Assembly: GCA_043228905.1 (NCBI GenBank)
Contig: JBHGNT010000012.1
Coordinates: forward strand, 17,856,001-17,920,000
DNA from: Azolla caroliniana
Taxonomy: Eukaryota; Plantae; Polypodiophyta
DNA length: 64,000 nt
Reading direction: 5' to 3'
In this document: positions 12,264 through 25,038 of the stretch, piece by piece
Numbering within the stretch: the stretch's first letter is position 1
How the letters are laid out: every line of letters begins with the position of its first letter
The notes under the pieces: model-generated
What the model saw: the letters and a program-made list of their open reading frames with translations, nothing else
Database searches by the model: none
What the model was told of the DNA's origin: nothing
Translations under genes and position numbers: made by a program

Positions 12264-12903
12264 CGACTAGTCAGGGTCAGCCAAAATCAGAGACGCAAAC
12301 AAGACATTAGCTAACCAGCAAAGGTTCGACACGATTATTCTTTAGCATTCTTTTTATCGCAAAATTCTTCAATTTTCGTTTTCTTTCTGCTTGTAATGTC
12401 TTTTCTAAACCTTGGTTGAATTGTATTAGCTGTCTCCTGTCCCCAAACTTACTGGAAAGAATTTCAACAAGCTATGTGATAATGCAATGTAATCCATGTA
12501 GGGAACAACATTGAACCTTTTCAATAACTTTGTAAATTGTTATTACTCCAATCTACTTCTCTTATTCAATGCGATATAATGATTATTACTGTAACTGGAT
12601 TACTTATTTTGCTGGCAACTACAGTCATGCAAACCCTCGTGTAAGTTTTGAGGTCTATAAAAATTTAATTACGATAGTAGGAAGCAAGCAACAAATCAAA
12701 GTTTCAAAATCCACATACAAAACCAAAATTCTCACAAATTCGAGAGTTTTGTTTCAATCCTAATAATCTAGAAGATATTCAGGCATATAGTTGGGGTGTA
12801 TGGTAATGGGTTGTCAATCGCCATGTCATTTGTGACTGATTGAGAACAATCTATGTAGGTGCTCTTTAACCCTTTCAAATGTTGTTGTAACAAGCTCGTA
12901 AAT

Positions 12904-14200
12904 ATGCATGGCGGACATATAATGTACCAACAAATTCAAGAAGCTATGAGTAGACAACCCATACCACCCAATAACACTAACCATAGATGGATTGGGGTTT
13001 TTTCAAGATTGGAAGTACTCTTGGCTGTTAAGGGTTATTCAAATGATAAGACATACCGGTTGTTTGAGGTGGATGAAACAAATCAATTGTCTCAGTCCGG
13101 GGAAATGGTGATAGATTACCCCTATGCCATTGAGCACAAGATAAGGATAATTGGATATGCCGATCGTAAATGGTATATTGATCCAATGATAGAGGAAATA
13201 AGGACACATTGGAAGCTGTGGGTGTTAGCTAAAAGACCGGTATTCAGATTAGATTGGGACCCAATTGACTATCATTGGACAGATCCTTACACGGGTAACA
13301 AGTTCAATTTCTTCCAATATTCTGTACAGTTGGGAAGACATGTACTTTCAGATACACGTGATGTGGTACCAGCTGCATCTCAATATTGGAATCAACAAGG
13401 TATTACTCCCCAATTCCTTGCAAAATTCTGGGCTATCTTATGGGCAAGAAAACAGAAACACAAAATATTACATGTACAGTGGTTAGTTGTACACAAGGCG
13501 TTGCCGGTTGGCACATGGTTGCATAGGATGGGAGTGTCTTCATGTTGTACTCGATGTCATTTACAAACGGAAACTCAAAAACATTGTTTATGGGAATGCA
13601 TTGATTCTCAACAGATATGGCAACGGCTCCTTAGAATTTTCGCTAATTATTTTCCCCCGTTGGTTCTCACTTGGGGCATGGTCGTTTGGACATCACTTGC
13701 CCGTGATGTGTTCCATTATGACATCGAATCTATGGACCATGGGTTTTACACTAAAAATGGAAGTGTTCGTACATTATCACTGATGTCATTACAGTTTTCA
13801 GGAGTAAGGAAGGAAGTTCAGCCAATATGGGAGATATTGAGTAGTACCACTGTCTATCACATTTGGAAAGCTCGGTGTTCTCTCGTTTTCCATAATCTGA
13901 AAACACCACCTGCTGAAGTGATTTCAAATATTTGGTTAGAGATAGTTCATGCTTTGAAGGGTCAATGGGATGGTATAGTGGGAGATTCTGATGCTAAAAT
14001 TGCTCAACGGCATGAGTTTCTTATTATCTGGACAGCAACTCCATTTGTGACATCCAGGTACACTACTCCTTATTGGCATTTTCAGCCACCGAAATGGTTG
14101 TTTCCCCCGCCGATTACATAGAGGTTTAAAATCTTGTAATTTGTTTATACTAATGACAGGATATCTTCTTTAAAAAAAATAAAAATAAAAAAAAAAAAAA
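12904..14200 (+). mobile_element. 5'-truncated L1-type LINE (ORF2 C-terminus with zf-RVT) ending in poly(A)
   Basis: ORF to 14121 with FWAILW...WLVVHKALPVG...CTRC...ETQKHCLWEC; A-rich tail at 14172-14200. Confidence 0.85.
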
Positions 14201-14498
14201 TAATAATAATAATAAAATGGCAATTGTTTTGATAAGAACTAAAAGCGAAAAATCCTTACCAACGAAAGTGCAAACGTTGAAAAGAAGTATAGGCGGAAAG
14301 AGGTGTTTTAATGTTTTTCAAATCTATGTAGGTGCTCTTTAACCCTTTCAAATGTTGTTGTAACAAGCTCGTAAATAATAATAAAAAAATGGCCAATTGT
14401 TTTGATAAGAGCTAAAAGCGAGAAATCCTTACCAACGAAAGTGCAAACGTTGAAAAGAAGTATAGGCGGAAAGAGGTGTTTTAATGTTTTTCAAATCT
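14201..14498. repeat. ~180-bp tandem duplication; copy 1 (12849-12903 + 14201-14324) is split by the LINE, copy 2 (14320-14498) is intact
   Basis: AATCTATGTAGGTGCTCTTTAACCC...CGTAAAT occurs at 12849 and 14321; the ...GGCGGAAAGAGGTGTTTTAATG block occurs twice. Confidence 0.85.
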
Positions 14499-14945
14499 GT
14501 TCTTACACCATGTAATCAAAACCAACAGCATACAAATATAACTAGTGCCTCTAGGACCCAAAACTAAACAACTACAACTTACATTTTATTTTGGGTTCCA
14601 TCTATGCAAATGTACCTCATGGGTTTCAGGATTCAAAGCCATACAAATGCACCTATGGATTTTCCATCAGGCAAATTGTTTTATGCAAAAATAACTTGCG
14701 TTCCTGGGATTCAAATCCAGCAAATACAACTTGTAGTTCCTTTGGAAGTAATTGTGTGAATGAAACCTCAATTGGTGTCTTGTCCTAAATTTCATTAAAC
14801 CCATGGCCCTTACATGGAGCCAAGCATCCCCAAACCAACGTGTGAAAGGGGGCTTATTTTGGGAGGATTCTTGATCCATCTATATGTGGTCCCTTTTAAG
14901 AAGCCATTAGAGAGAAATTAGTAATGACTGAGAGTGAGAGAGTGT

Positions 14946-15620
14946 TCATACATCTAAGACAGACAAGCAAACTCTCTCATGCTCTTCAGGCCAGAATGGC
15001 ATCAAAGGATGGATGTCTAATCTGTCCCAATAATAAGAAGCTCCTCCTCCTCCTCCTCCACCACAAGGCTCCATGCCAATACACCCCTTGGATTGTGATA
15101 CATCTCCTTCCATTAATTCACAAAGCAAATCTTCTTCCTCCTCACTCCACAGTTCGGCTCCAGCATCCCATGTCGGACCGGAAATCAGGTTTGTCTCTTC
15201 GGAATGCAACCCTTGTACACCATTTGATACTAGGGTTCCTACGCTATGCCGCGAGAGGAGAGTTTCTCCATGCCTTACTTCATTGTTGGTAGGAGGAGGC
15301 AAAGCTTGGCACTCATGGATAGTAGGGATTAGGGTTCTCCATTCATTGCCATGGTCGGCATTGGAGCAGGATGATGCTATGGGATCTTGCATGGTTCCTA
15401 TGGCTTTCTCCAAGCTCTGCATTATCTCGGCGAGGCGGAGACGATACCGATGATCATCGAGGAGATGAGGGGATTCCGGCGAATTCTCGAGGTAGTCATT
15501 GAGGAAGTGGAAGGAAGATGAGATATGGAGCTTGTGAGGGGGGGAGAAGGGGAGGTCTTCTGAGATGCTGAAGCTCCGTTTCCTATTAGAGAGAGAGGAT
15601 GGAAGGTCAGAGGGAGCCAT
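14946..15620 (-). CDS. Intronless 224-aa protein of unknown function (acidic, low complexity)
   Basis: Open ORF with ATG, upstream (CT)n leader and ACGTG/CGCGTG boxes at 15816-15850; a truncated paralog lies at 49127. Confidence 0.6.
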   Translation of the reverse strand: MAPSDLPSSLSNRKRSFSISEDLPFSPPHKLHISSSFHFLNDYLENSPESPHLLDDHRYRLRLAEIMQSLEKAIGTMQDPIASSCSNADHGNEWRTLIPTIHECQALPPPTNNEVRHGETLLSRHSVGTLVSNGVQGLHSEETNLISGPTWDAGAELWSEEEEDLLCELMEGDVSQSKGCIGMEPCGGGGGGGASYYWDRLDIHPLMPFWPEEHERVCLSVLDV

Positions 15621-16527
15621 GGTGTATGATCCAGAAACCAGAGAGAGAGAGAAAGAGAGAGAGAGAGGAGAATTGGGAGGGGGTCCTTCACAAAATGCTC
15701 TTTTGTTGGAGAAAAGGCTTCACTTATGTCCATGTTTATATACTTGCTTGTATATTTGAAGAACAAACATGTCATCAATGACAAGGTTGTGACAAGGTAA
15801 ACAAAACAGAGCTTTGCGTGAGACACGTGTATTATTTGACGTACTCGCGTGAGGCCTACTAGAGAATGATAGATCTACGTTGGAGATCGAAACATAGAAC
15901 TCTCAAATTCAATTACATGGGGCGCGCACACACACACACACATAGAGAGAAGAGAGAGAAGAGAGAGTGAGAGAGAGATCGATAGAAAGAGACATGTATT
16001 CGGCTTTTGAAACCAAAACATGTCATCTATGACAACACATGTTGGCCCATTTGTTGTTTTCTTTTTAGACTTTTGGAAGGGATCAACCACTTGTAAACAC
16101 TTCCATGAAGACTCTGGAATGATGCTAACCCTCCTTTTTCTGACAAGTTTGTACATGGGCTCCATGTACAACTCGGATTAAGCGCTCTTATTATTTCGGT
16201 CATCGGGTCATCGATAGCATGCTCTATCCCTCTATGTATTATTATTTTTCTTTTAACAAAGATTTCAGAACAAATTGATGTTTGCTACTCAAGGCCAATG
16301 TGTAATTTATGCATACACGAGGGAAAATATGAAGATGATATGTGACCATATGGATGCTAGCATTATCGTTTAAAGAAATTCCATCAACTCTTTCTAGGTT
16401 CACATTATCATGTTGCACGAGGGTATCCATCTCTGAATGAGCACGTTTATTAGAGATATCATCTATACATCATGTAGTCCTTGGTTAAGTACATATTAGA
16501 TGATTCCAATTGTAACGAGATGGAAAT

Positions 16528-16989
16528 TAACAATCGGCAACGATTCGGTTCAGTTTGAGAGGGTCAAAACCGAACCGATTTGGAACTGAATTGTTAAATT
16601 ATTTTGAAACGTGAACCGAACCGAATTGAACCACTAAACCGTTAAACTGAACCATGAAAAAAATTCAAAACCATTAAACCGTTAAAACTGCGGTTTCGTG
16701 GTTCGGTTTCAGTTTTCAACTTAGGTCAAATTTTAAACTTTTAAATTTTAAAATTTCCATTATTTTAAAATTTTAAAATTTTAAAGATGTTCCTAAAATG
16801 TGAGAAGGTCTAAAATGAAACGATTGTTTAAAAACAATTTTTTAATTAAAAAAAAAAAAACATACAAAACCGTTACTGTTAAAACCACGGTTTCAGACTC
16901 TTGAAACCGAACCGAACAGTTAAAAAAACCCTAAACCGTTAAGCCGTTGTTTCACAGTTCGGTTCAAACCAAACCGTTGCTGATTGTTA
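16528..16989. mobile_element. hAT-type MITE
   Basis: TIR TAACAATCGGCAACG.../...CGTTGCTGATTGTTA; 8-bp TSD ATGGAAAT (16520-16527, 16990-16997); many AAACCG/CGGTT subterminal motifs. Confidence 0.9.
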
Positions 16990-17449
16990 ATGGAAATTGA
17001 GAGTTGGAAAGTATGTGGTTATTGATTCCTTGTAAGAGAAATGACATCATAAGGTGTTATTGTTTCTTAGAACATCCCAACCCTAAACAAACTTTACAGT
17101 TATGTGATACACTAACCAAAGAAGTTGCATAATATTTTTGATGAGCCATTTGCTTAGGTTTTTCATACATTAACTTGCATACTTTTGCATTTTCAATTAT
17201 ATTTAACATCTTTGATGTCTTGTTTGGCCAAAATCAACAAATGAAGATACACAGAAAAATCATTTGTACTGCTTCATATACTTTCCAACTTTCTTTGTTA
17301 TGTCCTTTTGCTGGTCTTTTAAGAGTTGATTTTAAACCACATGATACGTCTTTAATTGAAGGAACTCCTAAAAGTGTATATAAAGCAGGTTAGGATAGTA
17401 TTTTGCTATAAAAAAAATAGTACAACTGTTAGATAAAGAATGAGCATCT

Positions 17450-18142
17450 ATGTTGTGAAAAGAATTTTCATGGAATGCAAAAAACTCGAGCCATAAAAAG
17501 AAACCAATTAAAAATTAGAATGATGGTTTGTTAAGTACCCATCACACACAACATGATTCAAGATGACATCAATACCAACGTAGGCGCTGAACTCAATGGA
17601 ATATTAGAGAAAAGGGGAATAGAACAAACTCCTTTTAAAACCTAGGCCAAAGAGCCACCCAAGGCGAAAGGGGCCCAACCTCATCATAAAAAGCTATAAT
17701 AGTCACCTTTGATGACTTTCATAACTCTTCCTCTTCCACTTGAGTTTTAGACCTTCGTATATCTTGAGCTTAAGCTCTCTCCTTCCCTTAATCTTTCACT
17801 TAAGTAAGTTGAATAATTAAGGCTAAGAGTTACTTAGCTATACCTTAATAACTCCTCTTTTTATGTGTTTTGTAAGCTCTTATGTGAATATCGAGACGTA
17901 GTTGGCACTATTATACATATTGAGTGTCTTTGTCTTCATATATGTGTATATTTGTTCCTTAAATTAGTCCTAATACTACCTAATCTCTTGATCAAGAGTT
18001 AATGCAAGAAGTGCAAGTGAAATAATTCACGAAGTTAGGGTTCTGGAACTAGCACCTCAAGAGTGATTGACAACCACTCTTACTCCGTTCGCTACTAGTA
18101 GGGTATATGAGTCACGACGATCTAAATCCCTTGGCTCATGAC
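17450..18142. mobile_element. Degenerate LTR-like fragment (related to 27844-28651)
   Basis: Shares blocks such as TTTGTCTT..TATATGTGTAT and AAGTGCAAGTGA...GTTAG with 28370-28490; ends TCATGACA; no TSD found. Confidence 0.4.
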
Positions 18143-18474
18143 ATTAACATGGAGGAAGAACTTTACAAATTAATGGGCATGCTCTCGGTGGTGTACATCT
18201 TGCGATAACACATGGTCAAACTCATCATCACCAAACTATGAGAAGTCACTTTTGTCTCACTTTCAAGATCCTTTATCAAAAGAATTTCTTATTCTTTTTG
18301 GGTTTATAGTAAAACTTGTGCCAAACTATACAATCTCACTCTAATGGTCACCTTCTTTACATTTTATCCTTAAAACACAATACAAAGGCATAAAAAAGGT
18401 AGGATTGTATGAAAACAAAAATATACAATTTCACAATAATTATCATTGTAGTGGTCTTTATTAAGTTTATTGTT

Positions 18475-18790
18475 GCTCTAACCTACTTTACCTATAATAG
18501 GAGTTTACCTTGTCAGCTAGTTGTTACATGGATCAAATGGGGTAGCACCTTATAGTTGGTTAGACTTGTGAGAAAAGGTGTCAAATTCTTTATTGATAGA
18601 GTGAGTGAGTGTGTGCATATGTAAGAGAGATTGAGTGTGTGTTGGTCTAACCTACACCTACAATAGGAATTTACCTAGTGAACAAGTTGTTACATGGATC
18701 AAATGGGGTAACACCTTATCATTGGTGAGACTAGCAAGAAAATGTGTCAATTACTTTATTGAAAGAGTGAGTGAATATGCATGCGTGTGT
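18475..18790. repeat. Diverged tandem duplication (~165-bp unit)
   Basis: CTAACCTAC...AGTTGTTACATGGATCAAATGGGGTA...GAGTGAGTGA at 18475-18615 and 18644-18780. Confidence 0.75.
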
Positions 18791-18799
18791 GCGCGTAAG

Positions 18800-19155
18800 A
18801 AAACTTCTTTTGTGGCAATTGATAGTGCTAGAGAAGTCACAAAATCTTAACCATGCAGAGGGAGAACTTTGCAAGGTCACATATCATCATATTCAACATT
18901 TGAATTGGTATGGATTGAGTTTGTAGTCGAGTAGTATTTAGATCTCTAAAGGGTTCTATACTTTGTTGTAAACTAGTGGTGGTGGTGTGTTTTTTCTTTT
19001 GAGGGCGAACTTTGCAAGGTCACATATCATCATATTCAACATTTGAATTGGTATGGATTGAGTTAGTAGTCGAGTAGTATTTAGATCTCTAAAGGGTTCT
19101 ATACTTTGTTGTAAACTAGTTGTGGTGGTGTGTTTTTTGAAAACCATTATTTACG

Positions 19156-19193
<38 letters not shown>
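18800..19193 (+). mobile_element. 3'-end fragment of the adjacent L1 family (with internal ~140-bp duplication), ending in (GA)n
   Basis: Matches 24552-24785 (CTTTTGTGGCAATTGA.AGTGCTAGAGAAGTCACAAAATCT...CCATT.TTTACG); 18864-18993 is repeated at 19008-19137. Confidence 0.85.
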
Positions 19194-19196
<3 letters not shown>

Positions 19197-19522
19197 TGCA
19201 AAGTTCGGAGATGTTGGAGAAGGGCAAACACTAATTTTGATGTATCTTCTTGCTACGGTGTCCGTTTCCTTTGTTCTTTAGCTCTTTTCGAAGCCTGCAC
19301 ATAGAGCTTTCTAAAGAGTATCTGCACGTATCATTTGGAGGTCTTGGTAGAACGTTACGAGTAAAAATTCCATTCGACTGCATGCATCTCATGATCGCTT
19401 GCTTTGATTCCTTCTCCAACACAATTACTTGTAAGTGAACTCTCTCCTATTTCTTGTCATATGGATAGTAGTGTTTTCATGAATATGGATGGTAGTCTCC
19501 AAATTCTTCAAAGGATGCGTGC

Positions 19523-20749
19523 ATGGTTGAGTCAGTATCAAGCCCAAGAGGGGATGGTAAAAGAAAACGATGTATTGGAGATAATAGTAATGACATGTCT
19601 TATGCTGATGCAATGCGACAAGATGATATTGAGAAAGATGATAGTCATTGGGAACATTTAAGATGCATGGCAAATATATTAATGGAAGATTGTATAAGGG
19701 AGAATGTGAAAGTTGCTGAGGAGTTTGTTGACAATGAAGTAGCTAAGGTAGAAATAGACAATAAGGAGTTTTTGGGCTCATTTGCTAATTTTTGTGATAA
19801 AGGGGTCATATTGTTTTTCACGGGAAAGATACCTTTCCTTTGGAGGGTCAAACAATGGTTACGTGGGATTTTACAAGCTGATTGTGTTCAGGATGTTTAT
19901 GCTGGTCCTCGTGGATTTTATGAGGTTGTTTTGGTATCACAAGAGTATAAAGAGAAATTACTCAATAAATTGCCAGTTTTTTATGAGAAAAGTTTGGTTC
20001 ATATTGTTCCGTGGAGACCATTAGTGGAATATCAAGATATATTAACGCAAGAGTGTCTCGTATGGGTTGAGGTAGAGTGCACATATTCAGTGGTTTGGCC
20101 AATATTACGGTCATCGATGGAAAAGTTGGGAAAGATCTTGGTGCCTCCTAATGCTAATGCTCAAAATCGATATTGGATGTGTATTCTTTGGAATACTGCT
20201 ATAAAGAGGCCAAGTTGTTTACATATTGCATGTTCTGGTATGCCACCTATGTATTTTCAGCTTAAATGGGGTACATTTGCAGGACATTGTTTCCATTGTG
20301 GTGTGTTGGGGCATTTTATGGCTGAATGTCCTCAAAAAAGAAATAATGTAGTGGAAGTGGTACATGAAGAGCCTACAACTCATGATCAGATTCAAGATTT
20401 GACAATTTTAGAGCAAACAAAGGAACCACAATTTGTGAATGAGAAGGATGGAAAGACTCTAGAGGATGAAGGACAATGGTCAATAGTTTCTGGAAAGATG
20501 AAGAAGTCTAATAAAAATGTTGGGCATAATGTATCTATGGAGAAGGTCACACAGACGCATCCCATGCGGAATAAACCATGGGCTCGTCAAGAGGACTATC
20601 CAAAGAAATTATCTTTTGATAATAAAGGTAATTTGTATGTTCCTTGGAATAAACGGAAATCGGTGCCTCGTTCACATGAGGAGCCATCGGGGTCTAGAGT
20701 TTTGCATTCCCATAGTAATTCATATGCAATCTTAGGGGATTTATTTTAG
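19523..20749 (+). CDS. L1 ORF1 (DUF4283-like domain + CCHC zinc knuckle)
   Basis: GFYEVVL, IVPWRP, VWVEV motifs and CFHCGVLGHFMAEC. Confidence 0.85.
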   Translation: MVESVSSPRGDGKRKRCIGDNSNDMSYADAMRQDDIEKDDSHWEHLRCMANILMEDCIRENVKVAEEFVDNEVAKVEIDNKEFLGSFANFCDKGVILFFTGKIPFLWRVKQWLRGILQADCVQDVYAGPRGFYEVVLVSQEYKEKLLNKLPVFYEKSLVHIVPWRPLVEYQDILTQECLVWVEVECTYSVVWPILRSSMEKLGKILVPPNANAQNRYWMCILWNTAIKRPSCLHIACSGMPPMYFQLKWGTFAGHCFHCGVLGHFMAECPQKRNNVVEVVHEEPTTHDQIQDLTILEQTKEPQFVNEKDGKTLEDEGQWSIVSGKMKKSNKNVGHNVSMEKVTQTHPMRNKPWARQEDYPKKLSFDNKGNLYVPWNKRKSVPRSHEEPSGSRVLHSHSNSYAILGDLF

Positions 20750-20814
20750 GATATGGCAGAAACATTAGCAGTGAAGGAGAAGGAGTTTTCTCGAATAAAA
20801 GGAAAAAATAAAGT

Positions 20815-23800
20815 ATGAAGATCACCACATGGAATGTGAGGGGATTGTGTTCTAGATTTAGAATGCATGAGGTTTGGAGGATTGTGTTAAGTGAGCAATG
20901 GGATGTTTTATGTGTAGTAGAGCATAAAGATCATCGGAATGCTGGTTTAATTAGTTATTCTAAGGGTTATACATTATGTTATGTTGGCAAGGTTCATGGG
21001 GATTATTCTGGGATTGTCATGTTTATAAGAGATAAATTTCACCCAAAAGTAATTGTTTCAGATGAATTTGGAAGATTTATTGTGGTAGAGATATGTTATG
21101 AATGGCAAGCTATTTGGTTAGTTGGTGTGTATGCATCAAATGTTTCACAAGAACGAAAGTTGTTATGGAGATCTCTAAACTCAGTGCTTCATAATGGTAG
21201 ATCGGGTTTATTGATGGGAGATTTTAATGTTTGTTGTGAGACAGATCAATCAACATCTATCCACTCTATTATGGATGGACCAGAGGCTCAAGAATGGGGA
21301 GATTTTGAGACTGAAGTCATGTTAAGGGGATGTATGGAAATGGATCAAGGGAGATGAACCTGGTTATACCTTTCAATCGGCTCAATATAAGGATACTTGG
21401 AGTAGGTTGGATCGAATGTATGTAATGCATACCGAAGGTTTTTTACCAGAGATTTTGGATATTTCAGTGTCTTATGGGTCAATTATATCAGATCATTTCC
21501 CAATAATTTTTGAGTTCAATCACCACTCAATTAGAGGTTTTCATGAGTTTTTAGGAAAACCACCGTTGATTTTTAATTCATCATTTTTGGATCATGAGGT
21601 CTTCCATGCCTATATGTGTCAATTGATTGATGCATTTGCCTATCGTGTTCAATTTGATGGGTATGAAGCGTGGGAAGTATTTGTTGCAAATGTTCAGAGG
21701 TTAACTAGATATTATGGAATTCACCATGCTTTTAAAAGGAGAAAGAAATTAAGTCTCCTAGTTAATTTGCTTGATAAATGCAACTCATTGTTAACTTATT
21801 GGCCAACGGATGTAGAGTTGATGGGATATCAAGAGGTATTAATTTCTGCGATGCATGACCTAACGGCAAAAAATTATCAACATGCTAGACTACATCGTCT
21901 AAGACAAGAAGTGGATGATGCTAATTGTCAATCACATAAGTTTTTCCATGACCTTCATGAATCACATGCACGACATAATGTGGTAAGGTTAGAGGAAAAT
22001 GGTATCATGTGTTCCGATCCTCAAGAAATTGTGAAGAAATGCATAGAATATTATACACAATTGTTGGATGTACAAGTGTGTATCGATGATAATGTTAAAA
22101 AGGATAGAGATGTATTTTTTAATGGAGTGAAAAATCATGTATCGCATGATGTGGCACAATCATTAGATGCTAATATTTCAGAGGATGAGGTGGAACATGT
22201 CATGTCACATCTTGCTAATGATAAGAGTCCTAGGTGGGATGGATTAACACATGAACTCTTTAAGAAATATGTGATTAAGTTAAAGGGGCCTTTTACGATT
22301 TTATTTCAAAAGGTGTGGACATCAAGGGAAATGCCTCATTCTTGGAAGATTGGTTTGATCAAGCTTTTGCCGAAGGTGCCTTCTCCATCTTCCTTTGCTC
22401 AATGGAGGCCTATTTCATTGATGGGGGGAATGTACAAGATTTTTGCAAAAGTGATGGCCAATAGGTTGCATAAGGTTTTACCTTCTATTATTCATAATGC
22501 TCAATATGGGTTTTTAGCAAAAAGAGACATTTTACATAATATTTTAAATGTTCAAATGGCAATTGACTATGCAAAGGAGTCTAAACAAGAATTAGTGTTG
22601 CTACAATTGGATATCGAGAAAGCCTATGATAATGTGGATTGGTCATTTATAAATCAATTGATGTCTCATATGGGTTTTGGTGATCGTATGTCTAAGTTGA
22701 TATACACATTAGGGGAGGGTTCGGTTTCACATGTGATGTTTAATGGAGGAGTAACCCAACCGATTTCTATTCGGAGGTCAGTTAGACAAGGATGCCCGGT
22801 AAGTCCTTTACTATTCACTATTGTGACACATCCTATTCTTGTTAAGTTACACAATATGGCTATGGGAGAAGAATTGCTTGGACTAAGGTTGCCATCAGGG
22901 AAGCCATGTATTGTTCAAGCTCTCGCAGATGACCATATTATGTTTTTGGCACCTAATCGGGAAAATATTAGTAAGACAAGAGATGTGTGGGAATTGTTTT
23001 CAAATGCTTCAGGGTTGAGAATTAATATACATAAATCTGTCCTCATTTCATGTACAGAACAAGATGTGTTAGGGTTGGGGTGGTTAGGAAGGATAGTACA
23101 TCATGGTATGATTTATTGTCATCTTGGATATCCAATTGGGGTGGAAGTTTCTCATGTGAAACTTATTGAGTGGGTATCCAAAAGGTTGGAGGATAAGTTT
23201 ATGTATTGGAGGTCTCAATTTTGGCCTTTTCATGTACGACTTAAGGTGGTCCAATCGATTATGGTCTCTATGGTATCTTATTATCTTCCTTTGCTCCCAT
23301 GGTCAAAGAAAGCTCTTGAAATGTTGTCACGCTCGATGCGAATGTTGTTATGGAAAAGAAAAGGGAAAAGTGCCTTGTCATGGTTGGCATGGGATCATGT
23401 TTGTACTCCGAAGCGTCTTGGTGGGGCATCAATATTAAATCTATATGAGCATATGGTCGCTTGTTGATTTACTTTCATTCGATTCATGTTTGAAGGTGTA
23501 CAACCTTGGACAGAAATGGTGGCATACTTTATAGAGAAGAACGGAATAAAGCTTGGAAACATGAAGGTTGAAGCGAATTGGTGGAATTTAATTAATTCTG
23601 ACAGGGATGTCAAATGTATAGGGTCTATGATAGTTAATCATTTGTTGACATCTTGGCAAAGTATGTTGGATTTTGTGGAATGGCATCCCCCACAAGAAAG
23701 GGGATGTGCCAATTCATTACAAATGGAGGTTTTGGCAACATCAAGGTTGTTGAGGTGGGAAGGTAAACAAATTCTTAACCTTCAATTTAATTGGATGGCT

Positions 23801-24675
23801 AGATTGGGTTTGGTAAGAGTTAAGGATGCTATGTTGGTTTCACAAAGAAGATTAATGGCTTTTCGAACAATAAGATCAACATTTCGTATTCCAAAAGGTT
23901 ATAACTTTATTTGGGATAAGTTGCAACAAATACTATCTTCGCATGAGCCAATTCCTGATTTAGATGGGCGATCTCAAGAGCTTGATTGGAGGTTTGTTGG
24001 AAATAAGAGATTGACAATGATCTCAACGAATGTTGCTTATCACAAGTTGATTGACAAACATAAATGGTTGGAAGGAAGGGTTATAAAGATATGGGGTTTT
24101 CATAAGCCCATTACTTGGTGGTTTCATGTGATCAAGGCAGGTTGGTGTTCTCGATTGATGCTACGAGCCAAGGTATTTATTTGGAGAGTTATGGTTGGAG
24201 CTTTACCATTAGGGGATGCATTAAAAAGAAGAAACATTACTAAAGGATTGTGTTTCTTTTGTTCGGTGGAATTGGAACATAGTAGGCATCGATTTATTTC
24301 ATGCCCGATGGCAAGGATGGTTTGGAGGTGTATCAGTTTAGTGTGGATGTCTCTAACAAGAGTAAGTCTATCTTCCTTCAGTTGGGTTTTTGCACATATG
24401 GAGAACAATGAACCGATGCCTCATTTTCAAATTATTTTTGAGTTCTTGAGTTCTTGAGGTATTGGGGGCTATGGTTCAATTGGAATATGCGGAATGCCTT
24501 CATTTTTTATTCACAAGTTGGGGTGAGAAAATATGTTCTTAAGTTAAAAGGACTTCTTTTGTGGCAATTGACAGTGCTAGAGAAGTCACAAAATCTCAAC
24601 CAAGAAGAGAGAGAACTCTGCAAGGTCACATATCATCATATTCGCCATTTGAATTGGTGTGTAGGGTGGCATTGA
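20815..24675 (+). pseudogene. L1 ORF2: APE endonuclease, reverse transcriptase, zf-RVT; 2 frameshifts and 1 stop
   Basis: TWNVRGL, MGDFN, SDHFP, WRPISL, LDIEKAYD, RQGCPVSP, LADD, CFFC...HRFISC; breaks near 21330, 23465 and 24450. Confidence 0.92.
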
Positions 24676-24781
24676 GTTTGGTGTCATAGTTTTCTTTAGA
24701 TCCCTAGATAGAAGGGGTTCTATAGTTTGTTGTAAGTTAGTCATGGTGGTGTTTTCTCTTTTGTAATGAAAGCCATTGTTT

Positions 24782-24812
<31 letters not shown>

Positions 24813-25038
24813 TGTATGAAGTATGTAATAGAGAGGGGTGATAATTGGGTTTCAAACCCAAGACATAATGCTTGTAGTGTAACAACTTACCACTAGGGTA
24901 AGATACTTACATTTTAAAAAAAAGATAGATAGATAGAGCCATATGTATGAAGTATGTAATAGTTTCAAACCCAAGACATAGTGCTTGTAGTGTAACAACT
25001 TACAACTAAGTTAAGGTACTTACAATAATAAAAAAAGA

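Larger units (their letters stand above)
19194..24811 (+). mobile_element. Near full-length L1-clade LINE flanked by (GA)n at both ends; ORF2 disrupted
   Basis: ORF1 and ORF2 as listed separately; (GA)n at 19157-19193 and 24786-24811; no poly(A). Confidence 0.93.

Noticed and set aside
12859-14121. Domesticated 420-aa host gene
   Set aside because: The start is a GTG in flanking duplicated DNA; the rest is LINE ORF2 3' end with poly(A)
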